64,000 nucleotides of DNA from a virus. The stretch covers positions 14,137-78,136 of the IMG/VR virus record IMGVR_UViG_3300032770_000018. One strand, given 5' to 3'. Both the position numbers and the translations under genes were made by a program. The notes under the pieces were generated by a model that made no database searches, was not told the origin of the DNA, and worked only from the letters and a program-made list of their open reading frames with translations. Shown here in pieces: positions 63,594-64,000 of this stretch (the stretch's first letter is position 1; every line of letters starts with the position of its first letter).

Positions 63594-63973
63594 TGACCCA
63601 ATACCCTTCTGCGTAGTTCGCCTCTTACGGTTTCCAACTCAGCCTCTACCTTCTCCAACGCCTTCTTGATTTCCTCACGCTCGGTCTCGGCGGCGATCCT
63701 CTGCCGTTTGTAGTCGTGCATCGCGGCACGCACTGCCTCAAATTCTTCCCTTAATTCCTCGTGCTTCTCCTTCCGCACCCAGGCGGAGGGGTTGGGGGTT
63801 CCGTCAATGGCTTTACGCATCCTGTCGTGAATCGGCAGGCACCCGCTATGCTCTACGCAAAAGGCAAGCAGTGCGTTCGCCGCATCCCTTAACGCCGCAT
63901 TCGCCTGCTCCAACGCCGCTACTTTGATGCGAAGTGCGTCCAGTTCTGGACTGAGAAGCTTTACGTCGTTCAT
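63590..63973 (-). CDS. Hypothetical coiled-coil protein
   Basis: 127-aa helical ORF. Confidence 0.6.
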   Translation of the reverse strand: MNDVKLLSPELDALRIKVAALEQANAALRDAANALLAFCVEHSGCLPIHDRMRKAIDGTPNPSAWVRKEKHEELREEFEAVRAAMHDYKRQRIAAETEREEIKKALEKVEAELETVRGELRRRVLGQ

Positions 63974-64000
63974 GGCGAGCGCACCTTGAGCCTGTTTCAG

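Larger units (their letters stand above)
1..64000. mobile_element. Tailed dsDNA phage genome segment (podovirus-like), likely most of the genome
   Basis: Terminase, portal-, scaffold- and capsid-position genes, tail collar/fibre motifs, giant ejection protein, DnaB and recombination genes; frequent ATGA/GTGA gene overlaps; no host housekeeping genes. Confidence 0.95.

Noticed and set aside
1-64000. CRISPR array, tRNA/rRNA genes, reverse transcriptase/DGR, integrase, transposase
   Set aside because: No spaced repeats, cloverleafs or diagnostic motifs recognised by eye; a tRNAscan/Infernal run was not possible
1-64000. Stop-codon reassignment
   Set aside because: Conserved genes are full length under the standard code, and TAA, TAG and TGA all end genes at sensible boundaries

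Overview
The whole window is a GC-rich, gene-dense tailed-phage (Caudoviricetes) sequence, probably most of a circularly permuted, podovirus-like genome. No tape-measure, integrase, tRNA or host housekeeping gene was recognised. Layout: (1) 1-9.6 kb, minus strand: replication/recombination operon with a multi-SPPY DNA methyltransferase running off the left edge, a RusA-like locus, a KhpA-like KH protein, DnaB, an HTH initiator with iterons, a RecE-like nuclease, an SMC-like ATPase and a Sak4-like ATPase. (2) 9.7-18.2 kb, plus strand: signal-peptide proteins, holin-like membrane proteins, a PAPS-reductase-like gene, a beta-barrel-like protein and a permuted NlpC/P60 enzyme. (3) 18.3-20.1 kb: inverted GroES-terminase unit. 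(4) 20.2-58.8 kb, plus strand: portal, scaffold, capsid, tail and ejection genes, interleaved with glycosyltransferases/methyltransferases and ending in a 4616-aa DarB-like polyvalent protein. (5) 58.9-64 kb, minus strand: a second glyco-modification cluster and small genes. Sequence style tentatively suggests a Verrucomicrobiota (Pedosphaerales/Limisphaerales-like) host. Most unusual signals: tail-fibre proteins with Sec-type signal peptides and a capsid-position protein with hydrophobic ends, alongside about 8 glycan-modifying genes; two RBS-equipped genes nested in the +1 frame of the giant protein; RusA motifs split between two overlapping frames; and a recurrent leaderless promoter architecture. 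All calls come from motif reading only; no database searches were run.
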